Positions 1 to 8,859 of a DNA stretch of 64,000 nucleotides are shown piece by piece. Origin of the DNA: an uncultured Candidatus Saccharibacteria bacterium (GTDB taxonomy: Bacteria; Patescibacteriota; Minisyncoccia; Phycocordibacterales; UBA9973); contig CAZDGL010000004.1 of the NCBI GenBank assembly GCA_964505155.1, positions 4,110 through 68,109 of the forward strand, given 5' to 3'. Numbering within the stretch: position 1 is the first letter of the stretch; every line of letters starts with the position of its first letter. The position numbers and the translations under genes are program-made. Under the pieces are notes generated by a model. That model searched no databases, was not told where the DNA came from, and saw only the letters and a list, made by a program, of their open reading frames with translations.

Positions 1-758
1 ACAAAAGTCAGTATGGTAAAAGTCCGCATGGTGTCGTTGGTTTTGGTAGAAAGGAGAGAGTCGTTGGTTCTTTGTAGTTCCACCAAGGCATCACGATTGC
101 TCTCTAGGAGAGAGTTTAGTTTGTTGAATTCTGAAGTGATAATCTCAGCGTAGTATCTATAATCTTCACCAAAGAGCTTGCTACTAGCATTTTCATAGGA
201 TCTCAAAATGTCTTGATGAAAACGAAGTGCTTGTTTGAAGTCTAGAAGCTTTTTGCCAGTGCTGGATATTTTCTTGACCATCATTTCTTCGTGGTTATTA
301 AAGATATAGTACTCTATCTCTTTGACTACTTTTGTTATTTCATCTAGTTTATGGAGTGAGTGTTGGTAAAAGCTTTTCATCATTTCTATAAACAAAAATC
401 CGCCATGACTTATCTTGCTCTCTAGTCCAAAGCTATTGTTTTTTTCAAAGTTTTTAGCAAATTGTTCTATCGGATATATAGACTCATAGTGTGTTGTTAT
501 CAAAAAGTTTTTTCCAATGATAAAGTCTATCTCTTGCTCTGTGCCATTAACTCCGTCACGATGTGATGGTGGAAAGTGAAGTATCATATAGATAAGAGCA
601 TCATAAAGTTCTACTTTTGCGTGTAGGGTACTAGTCATTGCTTCTTCTGTTACCAGGGGCGGTATAGAAAACTCCTCCATAATATGGACCATTTCTTCTT
701 TACTAGGGTTTTGCATGTCCACCCAGGTTATATTGTGGTATGTATAGCGAGAAATCAT
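1..758 (-). CDS. corA: CorA-family Mg/Co transporter, N-terminal cytoplasmic domain; gene runs off the window start
   Basis: Minus-strand ORF with no stop in the window, so it is absent from the ORF track. Own translation gives ...MISRYTYHNITWVDMQNPSKEEMVHIMEEFSIPPLV...NDTMRTFTILTF at the window edge. That is about 250 aa of soluble domain followed by the start of a CorA-type TM1. Alternative starts lie at 758, 716, 692 and 680. Confidence 0.45.
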   Translation of the reverse strand, partial: MISRYTYHNITWVDMQNPSKEEMVHIMEEFSIPPLVTEEAMTSTLHAKVELYDALIYMILHFPPSHRDGVNGTEQEIDFIIGKNFLITTHYESIYPIEQFAKNFEKNNSFGLESKISHGGFLFIEMMKSFYQHSLHKLDEITKVVKEIEYYIFNNHEEMMVKKISSTGKKLLDFKQALRFHQDILRSYENASSKLFGEDYRYYAEIITSEFNKLNSLLESNRDALVELQRTNDSLLSTKTNDTMRTFTILTF

Positions 759-835
759 CTTCTTTATTGTACCATTTATAGGGGAGTTGCAAAATATCTA
801 GTCTTAGGTATAATAGTCCGACAACAAAAACTAAT

Positions 836-1192
836 ATGGCAACAGCAAAAAAAACAACCAAAAAAGCCCCTTCTAGCGAATTCGCAGTTATCAAAACTGG
901 GGGTAAGCAATACCGCGTAGCAGTGGGAGAGTCTATCAAGATTGAGAAGCTAAAAGGCGAGTTCAAAAAGGGCGACAAAGTAACCTTTTCTGAAGTTCTC
1001 CTTACTGACGATGGCAAAAACACAGTTATCGGTACTCCTTTTATCGATGGATCAAAAGTAGAAGCTGAGATAGAAATGATAGGCCGAGCTCAAAAGGTGA
1101 TAGTCCTCAAATACAAACAAAAGTCTCGCTACATGAAGAAAAATGGTCACCGACAGCCATACTTCAAAGTTAAAATAACTTCTATAAAATAA
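836..1192 (+). CDS. rplU: 50S ribosomal protein L21
   Basis: AVIKTGGKQYRVAVGESIKIEKL...GRAQKVIVLKYKQKSRYMKKNGHRQPYFKVKI is a typical L21. A TTGCAA-16-TATAAT promoter lies at 787-817. No L27 gene follows. Confidence 0.9.
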   Translation: MATAKKTTKKAPSSEFAVIKTGGKQYRVAVGESIKIEKLKGEFKKGDKVTFSEVLLTDDGKNTVIGTPFIDGSKVEAEIEMIGRAQKVIVLKYKQKSRYMKKNGHRQPYFKVKITSIK

Positions 1193-1198
1193 AACAAA

Positions 1199-1235
1199 AA
1201 ATCCCTCAAATTATTTTCAAATGAGGGATTTTTTA
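1199..1235. terminator. bidirectional rho-independent terminator
   Basis: Stem atccctca / tgagggat with a T-run on the plus strand and an A-run before it. It serves rplU (+) and the pilin gene (-). Confidence 0.6.
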
Positions 1236-1745
1236 TGGATTTGAGTAACAACCAACTCCAGTCCAGTAGGGTGTTTGACTAGGAGTCTTGTCAGACATTC
1301 CGCTTGATCCAATACAAAGAAACTGTCCATTGGGCAGACTAGCTACTATAGAATATTTACTATCTAAATCAAATGCATTACCAGAATAAAATCTCCATCC
1401 ATCTCCCCAAATACTCGGTGCACTGTTGGCCACTATGACTTTACATATTTCTCTTGCTTTTTGCGCATAGTTTCCTGAAAAAGAAGAGTCGCAAGGAGTA
1501 TTTGGTATCCAAGCATAAAAAGGGCTTGGTCCTGAGTACTGGAGATTTCTGTAGCTTCCAGTATCAGAGAATTCAAACTCAAGTAGTTTTTGAAACTCTT
1601 TCATTGAAGATGTTATGGCTGATATTTGAGCTTTTTTTCTAGCTTCGCTTATCCCGGCGATAACAACGCCTACTATAGCTCCTATTAGGGTTACAACAAC
1701 CATAAGTTCTATTAGGGTAAAGCCAGATTTTTTATTTTTTGTCAT
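1233..1745 (-). CDS. type IV pilin / pseudopilin with a prepilin N-terminal cleavage-methylation motif
   Basis: N-terminus MTKNKKSGFTLIELMVVVTLIGAI carries a class III signal (G|FTLIE plus a hydrophobic helix). The C-terminal part is Cys-containing and variable. Confidence 0.75.
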   Translation of the reverse strand: MTKNKKSGFTLIELMVVVTLIGAIVGVVIAGISEARKKAQISAITSSMKEFQKLLEFEFSDTGSYRNLQYSGPSPFYAWIPNTPCDSSFSGNYAQKAREICKVIVANSAPSIWGDGWRFYSGNAFDLDSKYSIVASLPNGQFLCIGSSGMSDKTPSQTPYWTGVGCYSNP

Positions 1746-1758
1746 TGCTTTTATTGTA

Positions 1759-2349
1759 TCATTCCCGTTTCTTTAGTGAAGCCTCAAGAGAAGCTGGGTC
1801 TGCGTATTCGAGTTCGGTGCCAGTTGAGAGTCCGCGCCCTAGGCTATTTACTTCCACAGTGTATGGGGCTAGGAGTTCACGAATTACAGAGTCCGTGTGA
1901 TCTCCGTTTGGAGTGATAGGGAAGCCGAGAATTATTTCGCTTATATTCTTTTCATTTTTCACCCTTTCTATCAAGAGCTTGGCATTTGTCCCATCGATTA
2001 TATCTTTCTTTGTTATCGGGATAAGAGAGCCTAGAACAAAAAACACTCCAGAGTAATCTGTCTTCATAAAGGCTTCTATGTCAGAGCCTTTTTCTACGAC
2101 TATGATTTTATCTTGGTCACGTTTTTCATTAGAGCAAATATCACAAATCCCTGCACTTCCTTCGTATATCCTCAAACATTTTGTACAAGTTTGCGCTGAA
2201 GCTTTAGCGGTGAGCAAACTTGCTGAAAGACTTTTGACGTAACTATCTTGTTGGCTCATTATAAAATAAGCAAATCTTTTTGCTTGCCGAGCTCCGATGC
2301 CAGGGAATTTGAGAAAAAGTCTTGTAAGTTGTTCTATATGATCTTGCAC
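1759..2349 (-). CDS. recR: recombination protein RecR
   Basis: HhH motif LFLKFPGIGARQAKRFAYF, C4 zinc finger CTKC...CDICS, and Toprim motifs IIVVEKGSDIEAF...GVFFVLG. Confidence 0.9.
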   Translation of the reverse strand: MQDHIEQLTRLFLKFPGIGARQAKRFAYFIMSQQDSYVKSLSASLLTAKASAQTCTKCLRIYEGSAGICDICSNEKRDQDKIIVVEKGSDIEAFMKTDYSGVFFVLGSLIPITKKDIIDGTNAKLLIERVKNEKNISEIILGFPITPNGDHTDSVIRELLAPYTVEVNSLGRGLSTGTELEYADPASLEASLKKRE

Positions 2350-2366
2350 AATTTTAATATTTTACA

Positions 2367-3749
2367 CTAAAAATCATCAAGTGATTTAGCTTTTGGTGCC
2401 GGCATGTGACTTTTGTCTATAGATAGAAGTGTTGTAGTTTTGGCATCAAAGAGTAGATCAACTTTGCCCACAGCACCGTTACGGTGTTTTTCTATAAGGA
2501 CTTCGATGATATTGTCTTTTTCCGCAGCGTCTTTGTACCTATCTTCTCGGTGAAGAAACATCACAACATCAGCATCTTGCTCGATAGATCCTGAATCACG
2601 CAAGTCTGAGAGACGAGGTTTGCCACCACGAGCTTCCACGGCACGAGAGAGCTGAGAGAGGGCAAGCACAGGGACGTCGAGTTCACGAGCGAGTTGTTTG
2701 AGTGCGCGAGAGATCTCAGTGATTTGATTGACCATGTTGTCATAGTTTTTACTTGCATGAATGAGTTGCAAATAGTCGATGACAATGAGCGCAAGACCGT
2801 GCTCACTCTTTAGTCTTCTTGCGACTGCTCGCATTTTTACAATACTATTGCCTGCTTGATCATCGATATATATAGGAGCTTTTTGTAGTCTACTCGCTGC
2901 ATCTTGAAGGGTAGCAAAGTGAGTAGAGGAGAGTCCGTGACCAGTTCTTATAGACCAAGCATCGACACGACTCTCGGCAGAGAGCATTCTTTGGACGAGT
3001 TGGTTGGCAGACATTTCTAGAGAAAATATCCCGACAGCACGCCCAGAGAGAGCCACATTTCTGGCAATGTCGAGTGCAAATGTTGTCTTACCGATACTTG
3101 GTCTCGCCGCCAATATCACCAAGTCAGATTTTTGTAGTCCCGCCAAGATATTGTCGAGATCTGGGAAACCAGTCGGTACTCCGCGTACTTCATCTTTGTT
3201 TTCTCTGAGGTATTCTATTTGTTCGACTGTTTCCATAAGGCCTTGCTTGATAGAGACAAAGCCATTTTTAACATTCATATTTGATGATACTCGGAAAATG
3301 CTTTTTTCGGCGCTATCCAAAATATCAGAGACATCTTGATCGGCTTCAGCATAGGCTTGGCTAGCTATTTGCTCTGATGCATCTATCAAGCTTCTGAGGA
3401 TGTATTTTTTGTAAACAATATCAGCATAGTGTCTGATATTTACAGTCGAAGGTACGCTTGCCATGATTTCATTTAGATAACTATTGCCACCGACTTCATT
3501 TATTTGCTTTTTTTCTTTGAGCTTGGAAGCGACAGAGAGTACATCTATTGGCTCACTCTTGGCAGAGAGCTCAAGCATAGTTTGAAAAATAGTTGCATGT
3601 TTGCGAGCATAAAACATTTCCGGCAAAATCAAATCAGTAATCTCATGTATTGCAGAAGGGCGAAGCATGAGGGCACCAAGTACTGCTTGCTCACTTTCGA
3701 GGGAGTGGGGTGGTATACGTAGATCCGATAGATTTGCTTTTGCTGACAT
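2367..3749 (-). CDS. dnaB: replicative DNA helicase DnaB
   Basis: N-terminal DnaB domain (SEQAVLGALM), Walker A ARPSIGKTTFAL, Walker B LIVIDYLQL, and RecA-like motifs. Confidence 0.9.
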   Translation of the reverse strand: MSAKANLSDLRIPPHSLESEQAVLGALMLRPSAIHEITDLILPEMFYARKHATIFQTMLELSAKSEPIDVLSVASKLKEKKQINEVGGNSYLNEIMASVPSTVNIRHYADIVYKKYILRSLIDASEQIASQAYAEADQDVSDILDSAEKSIFRVSSNMNVKNGFVSIKQGLMETVEQIEYLRENKDEVRGVPTGFPDLDNILAGLQKSDLVILAARPSIGKTTFALDIARNVALSGRAVGIFSLEMSANQLVQRMLSAESRVDAWSIRTGHGLSSTHFATLQDAASRLQKAPIYIDDQAGNSIVKMRAVARRLKSEHGLALIVIDYLQLIHASKNYDNMVNQITEISRALKQLARELDVPVLALSQLSRAVEARGGKPRLSDLRDSGSIEQDADVVMFLHREDRYKDAAEKDNIIEVLIEKHRNGAVGKVDLLFDAKTTTLLSIDKSHMPAPKAKSLDDF

Positions 3750-3804
3750 GTGTTAATCTTAGCATCTTTGCCAAGTTTCAAAAATCCACGATTTTTGGTA
3801 CTAT

Positions 3805-4791
3805 ATGCACATGATATCCACTAATTCTGGCTCAAAAAAACGTTTACTCTCAGGTGTAAAACCAACAGGTCGACCTCACATTGGCAACTATTTTGGGGCT
3901 ATGAAGCAGTTTGTGGATTTGCAAGAAGAGTACGACACTTTTGTGATGGTTGCTGATTTGCATGCTCTGAACTTTATTCAAAATAAAGAAGAAATGAAAT
4001 CTTTGACTTATGAGCTGATACTAGACTACTTGGCCATCGGTCTTGATCCAAAAAAGATTACACTTTTTAAACAATCCGCTGTTACTGCTCACACTAGCCT
4101 TACTTGGATTTTTGATACTTTGGTGACAGTACCTTTTATGATGAGAGCACATGCTTATAAAGATGCTATCGCAAAGGGGGTAGAGCCAAGTATGGGACTT
4201 TTCAACTATCCAGTTCTTATGGCAAGCGACATACTTCTTTATGATCCAGAAATTGTTCCTGTCGGCAAGGACCAAAAGCAACACATAGAATATGCGCGAG
4301 ATATTGCTCTTAAATTCAACAATCAATATCAAGAGATATTTAAACTACCAGAAGAATTGATAGTAGAAGATGTCGAAACAGTTCCAGGTACTGACGGACA
4401 AAAGATGAGTAAGAGTTATGGCAACACTATCCCACTTTTTGGAACAGATAATGAAATAGAAAAAGCAGTTATGAGTATCGCAACTGACTCTCGAGGCAAA
4501 GATGAAGAGAAAAATCCAGATGACATGGTGCTCTACCAAATCCACAAACTCTTCAACCATTCGGCAGAATTAAAAGCACAGTATACAAAAGGCTTAGGAT
4601 ATGGAGACGCCAAGAAAATGCTGATCGCTGATATTATCTCTTTTATCACTCCAATGCGAGAGAGAAGAAAGCGCTATGAAGACGATCCAAAGCTCGTCGA
4701 AGAAATACTCCTTCAAGGTGCGATCAAAGCCAACGAAGTAGCAATGAAGAAATTACAAGAAGTTTATGAAGCAGTAGGGTTAACAAACTAA
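3805..4791 (+). CDS. trpS: tryptophanyl-tRNA synthetase
   Basis: Class I HIGH-type motif SGVKPTGRPHIGNY and KMSKSYGN. The length of about 328 aa is typical of TrpRS. Confidence 0.85.
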   Translation: MHMISTNSGSKKRLLSGVKPTGRPHIGNYFGAMKQFVDLQEEYDTFVMVADLHALNFIQNKEEMKSLTYELILDYLAIGLDPKKITLFKQSAVTAHTSLTWIFDTLVTVPFMMRAHAYKDAIAKGVEPSMGLFNYPVLMASDILLYDPEIVPVGKDQKQHIEYARDIALKFNNQYQEIFKLPEELIVEDVETVPGTDGQKMSKSYGNTIPLFGTDNEIEKAVMSIATDSRGKDEEKNPDDMVLYQIHKLFNHSAELKAQYTKGLGYGDAKKMLIADIISFITPMRERRKRYEDDPKLVEEILLQGAIKANEVAMKKLQEVYEAVGLTN

Positions 4792-4795
4792 AACT

Positions 4796-6616
4796 ATGGA
4801 AGAAAAAGAAACAAGAGATTCATTGAAGAGCATTTTCCAAACCTCAAAGAGAGCGTTTCTTTTTGGTTTTAAAAAAGAACCAGGTTTGATGACTATCAAC
4901 CTAGTGTTAAATATACTTTTAGCTGCACTCGTTTATGTACAGTTGTCGTCTTTCTCTAAGGTTGTTGATGAAATTATTTTTATAAAAGCTAATGGAGGAG
5001 TTTTAACAAAAGCCCTCCTTTATAATTCAATTATTCTTGGATTATCATTTTTAATTCCATCAGTATTACAAAATCTGCATAATAGATTTGCAGAAAATTT
5101 ACGTATGAAGTATGGGACACATGCTCAGTTACTCAGAGTAGATTCAATTTCAAAATTAGATGTAGGTACTATAGAAAGTACAGAATTTCAAACAAAAATA
5201 GAGAGAGCAGAACAGTGGGGTGTTGGCTGTCTCAACAACCTTACAATGCTTACTTTTAGTGTTATAAGAAATATAGCTTCAGTTATTACCTCCGCTGTTA
5301 TTCTGTATGTTATCAACCCTTGGCTTGTTTTACTGGCAGCTATTAGTGGTTTGCCTTTTTACTTCATACAAAAAAAATACGGTTTTCAGATTTATCGTTT
5401 GTATCATGATAGAACAGACGAGTCTAGAATTATGAGAGATAGAAACTCTTTTTTTAATGATAAGAAAAAAATAGTAGAAGTTATATTATTTAGCCTTGGT
5501 TTAAGATTTAGAAATGATATAGAACAAGCGAATGTATCGTTCGACAATAAAATACTCAATGTATTTCGTAAAAGATCAAATGTAACTTTTTTCTATGACT
5601 TTATAAGTGTTGCGTGTTTGTTGTTTGCTATCGCTCTTGTTACATTACAAACAATAAAAGGAGATATTTTGGTTGGTTCGCTTTTGCTTGCCTTCACTAC
5701 CTATAGGAGTTTTACTGCTGTTGTACAGGATTTTTATGCAAACATAACTCGTATGGAAGATCAATCTCGTTACTCTAAGAGATGGTTTGATGTCTTCGAT
5801 ACAAATCCTAAAATTTTAAATAGCAAAAATGCTATAAAACCAAATTGGCAGACTCCTCCAGTTATAGAATTTAAAAATGTTTCTTTTGCATACCCTGAAA
5901 CAGAAAAACAGGTTTTAAAAAATATTTCTTTCACTTTAAATACCGGAGAAAAACTCGCTGTTGTAGGAGAAAATGGCGCTGGAAAAACAACACTTATAAA
6001 ACTTTTATGCAGAGTATATGACCCAACAGAAGGAGAAATATTGATAGATGGTGTAAATCTTAAAGAAATAGATCTTGACCATTGGAGAAATTATTTAGGT
6101 GTTTTGTTTCAAGATTTTTCTAGTTTCCAAATGACAGTAAAAGAAGCTATTGCGATCTCTCGTCCAAATGAAAGGTTAGATGAAGAAAAAGTTAGATATG
6201 CGGCTGAAATGTCTGGAGCGGTAGACTTTATAGAAAATTTTCCTAAAAAATACGATCAACTTATTTGGAAAGGATTTCAAGATGGAGTAGAGCTTTCAAA
6301 AGGTCAGCACCAAAGAATGGCGGTGGCGCGTATCTTTTATCGTGATGCATTTATCTCTATACTCGACGAACCAACTTCTGCTATAGATGCAGTAGCAGAA
6401 GAGAAAATATTTGAAGTCCTTGAAAAGAAAATGGAAGGCAAAACAGTGATACTTATCTCGCACCGATTTAGTACAGTGAAAAATGCTGATCAAATAGCAG
6501 TCATAGAGCATGGAGAACTCAAAGAACTCGGTAGTCACAAGGATTTGATGGCAAAGAAGGGAAGATATGCAGAGCTCTATACTATGCAGGCGAGTAGGTA
6601 TTTGGAGAGTGAATAG
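4796..6616 (+). CDS. ABC transporter, fused permease and ATPase (exporter type)
   Basis: N-terminal 6-TM domain. Walker A GENGAGKTT, signature LSKGQHQR, Walker B ILDEPTSAID. No C39 peptidase domain. Confidence 0.8.
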   Translation: MEEKETRDSLKSIFQTSKRAFLFGFKKEPGLMTINLVLNILLAALVYVQLSSFSKVVDEIIFIKANGGVLTKALLYNSIILGLSFLIPSVLQNLHNRFAENLRMKYGTHAQLLRVDSISKLDVGTIESTEFQTKIERAEQWGVGCLNNLTMLTFSVIRNIASVITSAVILYVINPWLVLLAAISGLPFYFIQKKYGFQIYRLYHDRTDESRIMRDRNSFFNDKKKIVEVILFSLGLRFRNDIEQANVSFDNKILNVFRKRSNVTFFYDFISVACLLFAIALVTLQTIKGDILVGSLLLAFTTYRSFTAVVQDFYANITRMEDQSRYSKRWFDVFDTNPKILNSKNAIKPNWQTPPVIEFKNVSFAYPETEKQVLKNISFTLNTGEKLAVVGENGAGKTTLIKLLCRVYDPTEGEILIDGVNLKEIDLDHWRNYLGVLFQDFSSFQMTVKEAIAISRPNERLDEEKVRYAAEMSGAVDFIENFPKKYDQLIWKGFQDGVELSKGQHQRMAVARIFYRDAFISILDEPTSAIDAVAEEKIFEVLEKKMEGKTVILISHRFSTVKNADQIAVIEHGELKELGSHKDLMAKKGRYAELYTMQASRYLESE

Positions 6617-6686
6617 TACTTGCTTTTATACAAATTTATTGTACATTGTATTTGAAAATAAACTGTAAACAACAAAAAACTAAATA

Positions 6687-7295
6687 ATGAAAAAACAAGC
6701 TATTTCGCCTGCCTTTTTAAGGCAGAAACGCTCAGAGATTGAAACTCTTGATTTTACACAATTGAAATCAAAGCTCATGGATAAAGAAGAGGGTAAAGGC
6801 TGGACTGCCAAGATGTGCGATGCTGTAGAAGTGTTGTACAAGCAATTTTTACTCATCATTCTCAAATATCCTGACAGAGACATTGTGCCTACGAAACAGG
6901 TTGATGACTTCTGGCATGCTCATATTCTGGATACCAGGAGATACCACAGTGACTGCAAAAAGATTTTTGGTCACTATATTCATCACTATCCATATTTTGG
7001 ATTAAGAGGCGAAGAAGATGCACAAAACTTGAAGGATACTTTTTCTAAAACGAAAAAAATCTGGAAAGAGGAATTTGGTATAATGCCTACCATCAAAGGA
7101 GCTGTTTGTGGTGCTGGTGGAGGGAAATGTAAATCCTCTGTTTGTGGTTCTACTTGCGCAGGGCGGTGTCGTTCTAAAAGGATTAAATCATCATTTTGTT
7201 CTGCTGGCGGTGGAAACTGTGTTAGTTCTTGTGCGCAACAAGGTAATTGCGTTAGTTCCTGTAAAAGAGAAAAGCCTATTAAAAAAGCTGCTTAG
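6687..7295 (+). CDS. protein with a GRDP/DUF1399-like N-domain (tentative) and a Gly/Cys-rich repetitive C-terminal tail
   Basis: The motif DDFWHAHILDTRRYHSDCKKIFGHYIHHYPY was recalled from memory as resembling the glycine-rich-domain-protein family. The tail CGAGGGKCKSSVCGSTCAGRCRSKRIKSSFCSAGGGNCVSSCAQQGNCVSSCKRE has 10 Cys in about 55 aa with GGGxCxSSxC repeats. That the ORF is a real CDS is more certain than the family call. Confidence 0.4.
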   Translation: MKKQAISPAFLRQKRSEIETLDFTQLKSKLMDKEEGKGWTAKMCDAVEVLYKQFLLIILKYPDRDIVPTKQVDDFWHAHILDTRRYHSDCKKIFGHYIHHYPYFGLRGEEDAQNLKDTFSKTKKIWKEEFGIMPTIKGAVCGAGGGKCKSSVCGSTCAGRCRSKRIKSSFCSAGGGNCVSSCAQQGNCVSSCKREKPIKKAA

Positions 7296-7305
7296 TGACT
7301 ATAAG

Positions 7306-7334
7306 GCCCTGTAGTTAATACAGGGCTTTTCTTA
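7306..7334 (+). terminator. rho-independent terminator
   Basis: Stem gccctgt / acagggc followed by ttttctt. Confidence 0.55.
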
Positions 7335-7407
7335 TACTTGCTTTTATTTACAAAATATGTTATAATATAAAAAATAACAAAATTGTAAAACTTTAAAAAC
7401 AAAATAA

Positions 7408-8685
7408 ATGAAAAGAGTCTATTCGCTTGCTGATTTTGGTGTCAAAAAACATCAGATGGTACTTAAAAATGGTCTGAAAGTTATCTTTATTGAAAAGCCT
7501 TTTGCGCCTATATATGCCAAGATAGTTATGGCTGCTGGTTCTCTCTGGAATCCTTCCGATAACGGATTAGCTCATATGACAGAGCACTTACTCATGAACG
7601 GTTCTAAAAATATTTCAAAAGAAAACTTTTATGGAATTATGGAGTCCATTGGTGGACTTCGTAATGCTTTTACTGCAAAAGACTGGATGTCGGTGAATAC
7701 AGAAGTTGCTATTGTGGAGCATTTGCCAAAAGTACGAGAGTTTTTTACTCATGCACTTGAAAGTATTTATGTCACCGAAGAAATGCTTCAAAAAGAAAAA
7801 GAAGTGATTTTTTCTGAGCTTCAAAAAGCTCGTTCAAATCCACACTATGATTCTGGGGAGCAAATGAGAAAAATATTGGCACAAGACACCCCTTATAGTT
7901 ATTCAAATCTAGGAAAAATTGAAGGCATTAATGCTATTAGTGTTTCTGAAGTTGAAAAGTTTTTTGAAACTTATTGTGTTGTAGAAAACATGGTGCTAGT
8001 AATTGCTGGAGGTTGTACACTTTCCGATATTGAAAATACATTCTCTGATATTTCCTTTTTAAGAGGGGAAAAAGCAGTGTTACCTCAAAGTCCATTACCG
8101 GTCACCACTCCACAAAGATTTTTTTGTGAATTAGATTTACCACAAACAGATATTCTCGCTGGTTTTAATGGTCCACTTCCCGGAAGTCGAGATTCGTATG
8201 TATTAGGATTTGCTATGAATATTCTTCATAACGGTATGAATTCTCATTTCTATAGAAAAATACGAAATGAAAAAGCGCTCGCCTATAGTATTAGTAATAT
8301 CGCATTTCAGTATAATGAAATGAAATATATCGGTACTGAGATTGGTGTACCGCAACAAAAAGTAGACGAGGCAACAGATGTACTTATTGATACGTACAGA
8401 GAGTTGCTTGTTATGGGTATATCGCAAGAAGAACTTTCTAATAAAGCAGCAGCCTGGGGGTTCTCAGCAAAAAGAGTAGTTGAAAGATCTATCGATTGGG
8501 TAGAAAAATTTGATGACTGTTTGTTTGAAGAAATAGATCCTGTTGTTGGGGACTTTCCTGATATTCACAATTTTCGTCAAACAGTTACTGAAGAAGAGGT
8601 GAGAACGGTTTTTGATAAGTATATCCAGCTCGGCAATTTTCATTTATGTGTTTTTGGAAAACATGCACCTAAACAGTACTTTTGA
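7408..8685 (+). CDS. M16-family (pitrilysin/insulinase-like) zinc peptidase
   Basis: Inverted zinc motif HMTEHLLMNGS (HxxEH) near the N-terminus, with a downstream Glu-rich region. The 425-aa length fits an M16B active subunit. Confidence 0.8.
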   Translation: MKRVYSLADFGVKKHQMVLKNGLKVIFIEKPFAPIYAKIVMAAGSLWNPSDNGLAHMTEHLLMNGSKNISKENFYGIMESIGGLRNAFTAKDWMSVNTEVAIVEHLPKVREFFTHALESIYVTEEMLQKEKEVIFSELQKARSNPHYDSGEQMRKILAQDTPYSYSNLGKIEGINAISVSEVEKFFETYCVVENMVLVIAGGCTLSDIENTFSDISFLRGEKAVLPQSPLPVTTPQRFFCELDLPQTDILAGFNGPLPGSRDSYVLGFAMNILHNGMNSHFYRKIRNEKALAYSISNIAFQYNEMKYIGTEIGVPQQKVDEATDVLIDTYRELLVMGISQEELSNKAAAWGFSAKRVVERSIDWVEKFDDCLFEEIDPVVGDFPDIHNFRQTVTEEEVRTVFDKYIQLGNFHLCVFGKHAPKQYF

Positions 8686-8691
8686 TTTAGA

Positions 8692-8720
8692 AGCCCCCGC
8701 GCAGTGCGGGGCTTTTTTTT
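8692..8720 (+). terminator. rho-independent terminator
   Basis: GC stem gccccgc-gcagt-gcggggc followed by T8. Confidence 0.8.
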
Positions 8721-8747
8721 GTGGGAGGTTTTGGGTGTCCCGTTAGA

Positions 8748-8790
8748 GATGTATTTCTTGAGAAAAGTTGTTAATTGCGCTACAATCACA
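8748..8790 (+). promoter_or_regulatory. putative sigma70-type promoter for aspS (TTGAGA-17-TACAAT)
   Basis: Hexamers at correct spacing, read by eye. Confidence 0.4.
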
Positions 8791-8859
8791 ATGTAAATAT
8801 TGATTAATTTATTAAATAATTTGGATACGGACATCTTAGGATGTCCTATCTCTAACGGG

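Noticed and set aside
703-1023. 106-aa minus-strand ORF, and the 684-920 plus-strand ORF
   Set aside because: They are antisense to or overlapping with the well-supported rplU and corA coding regions. Their composition is low-complexity with no motifs, so they are likely spurious.
2561-3722. Several ORFs inside dnaB on either strand (2561-2806, 3004-3339, 3504-3722)
   Set aside because: They are embedded in the strongly supported dnaB gene and look like chance frames.
8800-8859. TTG-initiated N-terminal extension of aspS
   Set aside because: The extension starts inside the putative promoter, right after an in-frame ATG-TAA. The conserved AspRS N-terminus begins at the ATG at 8860.
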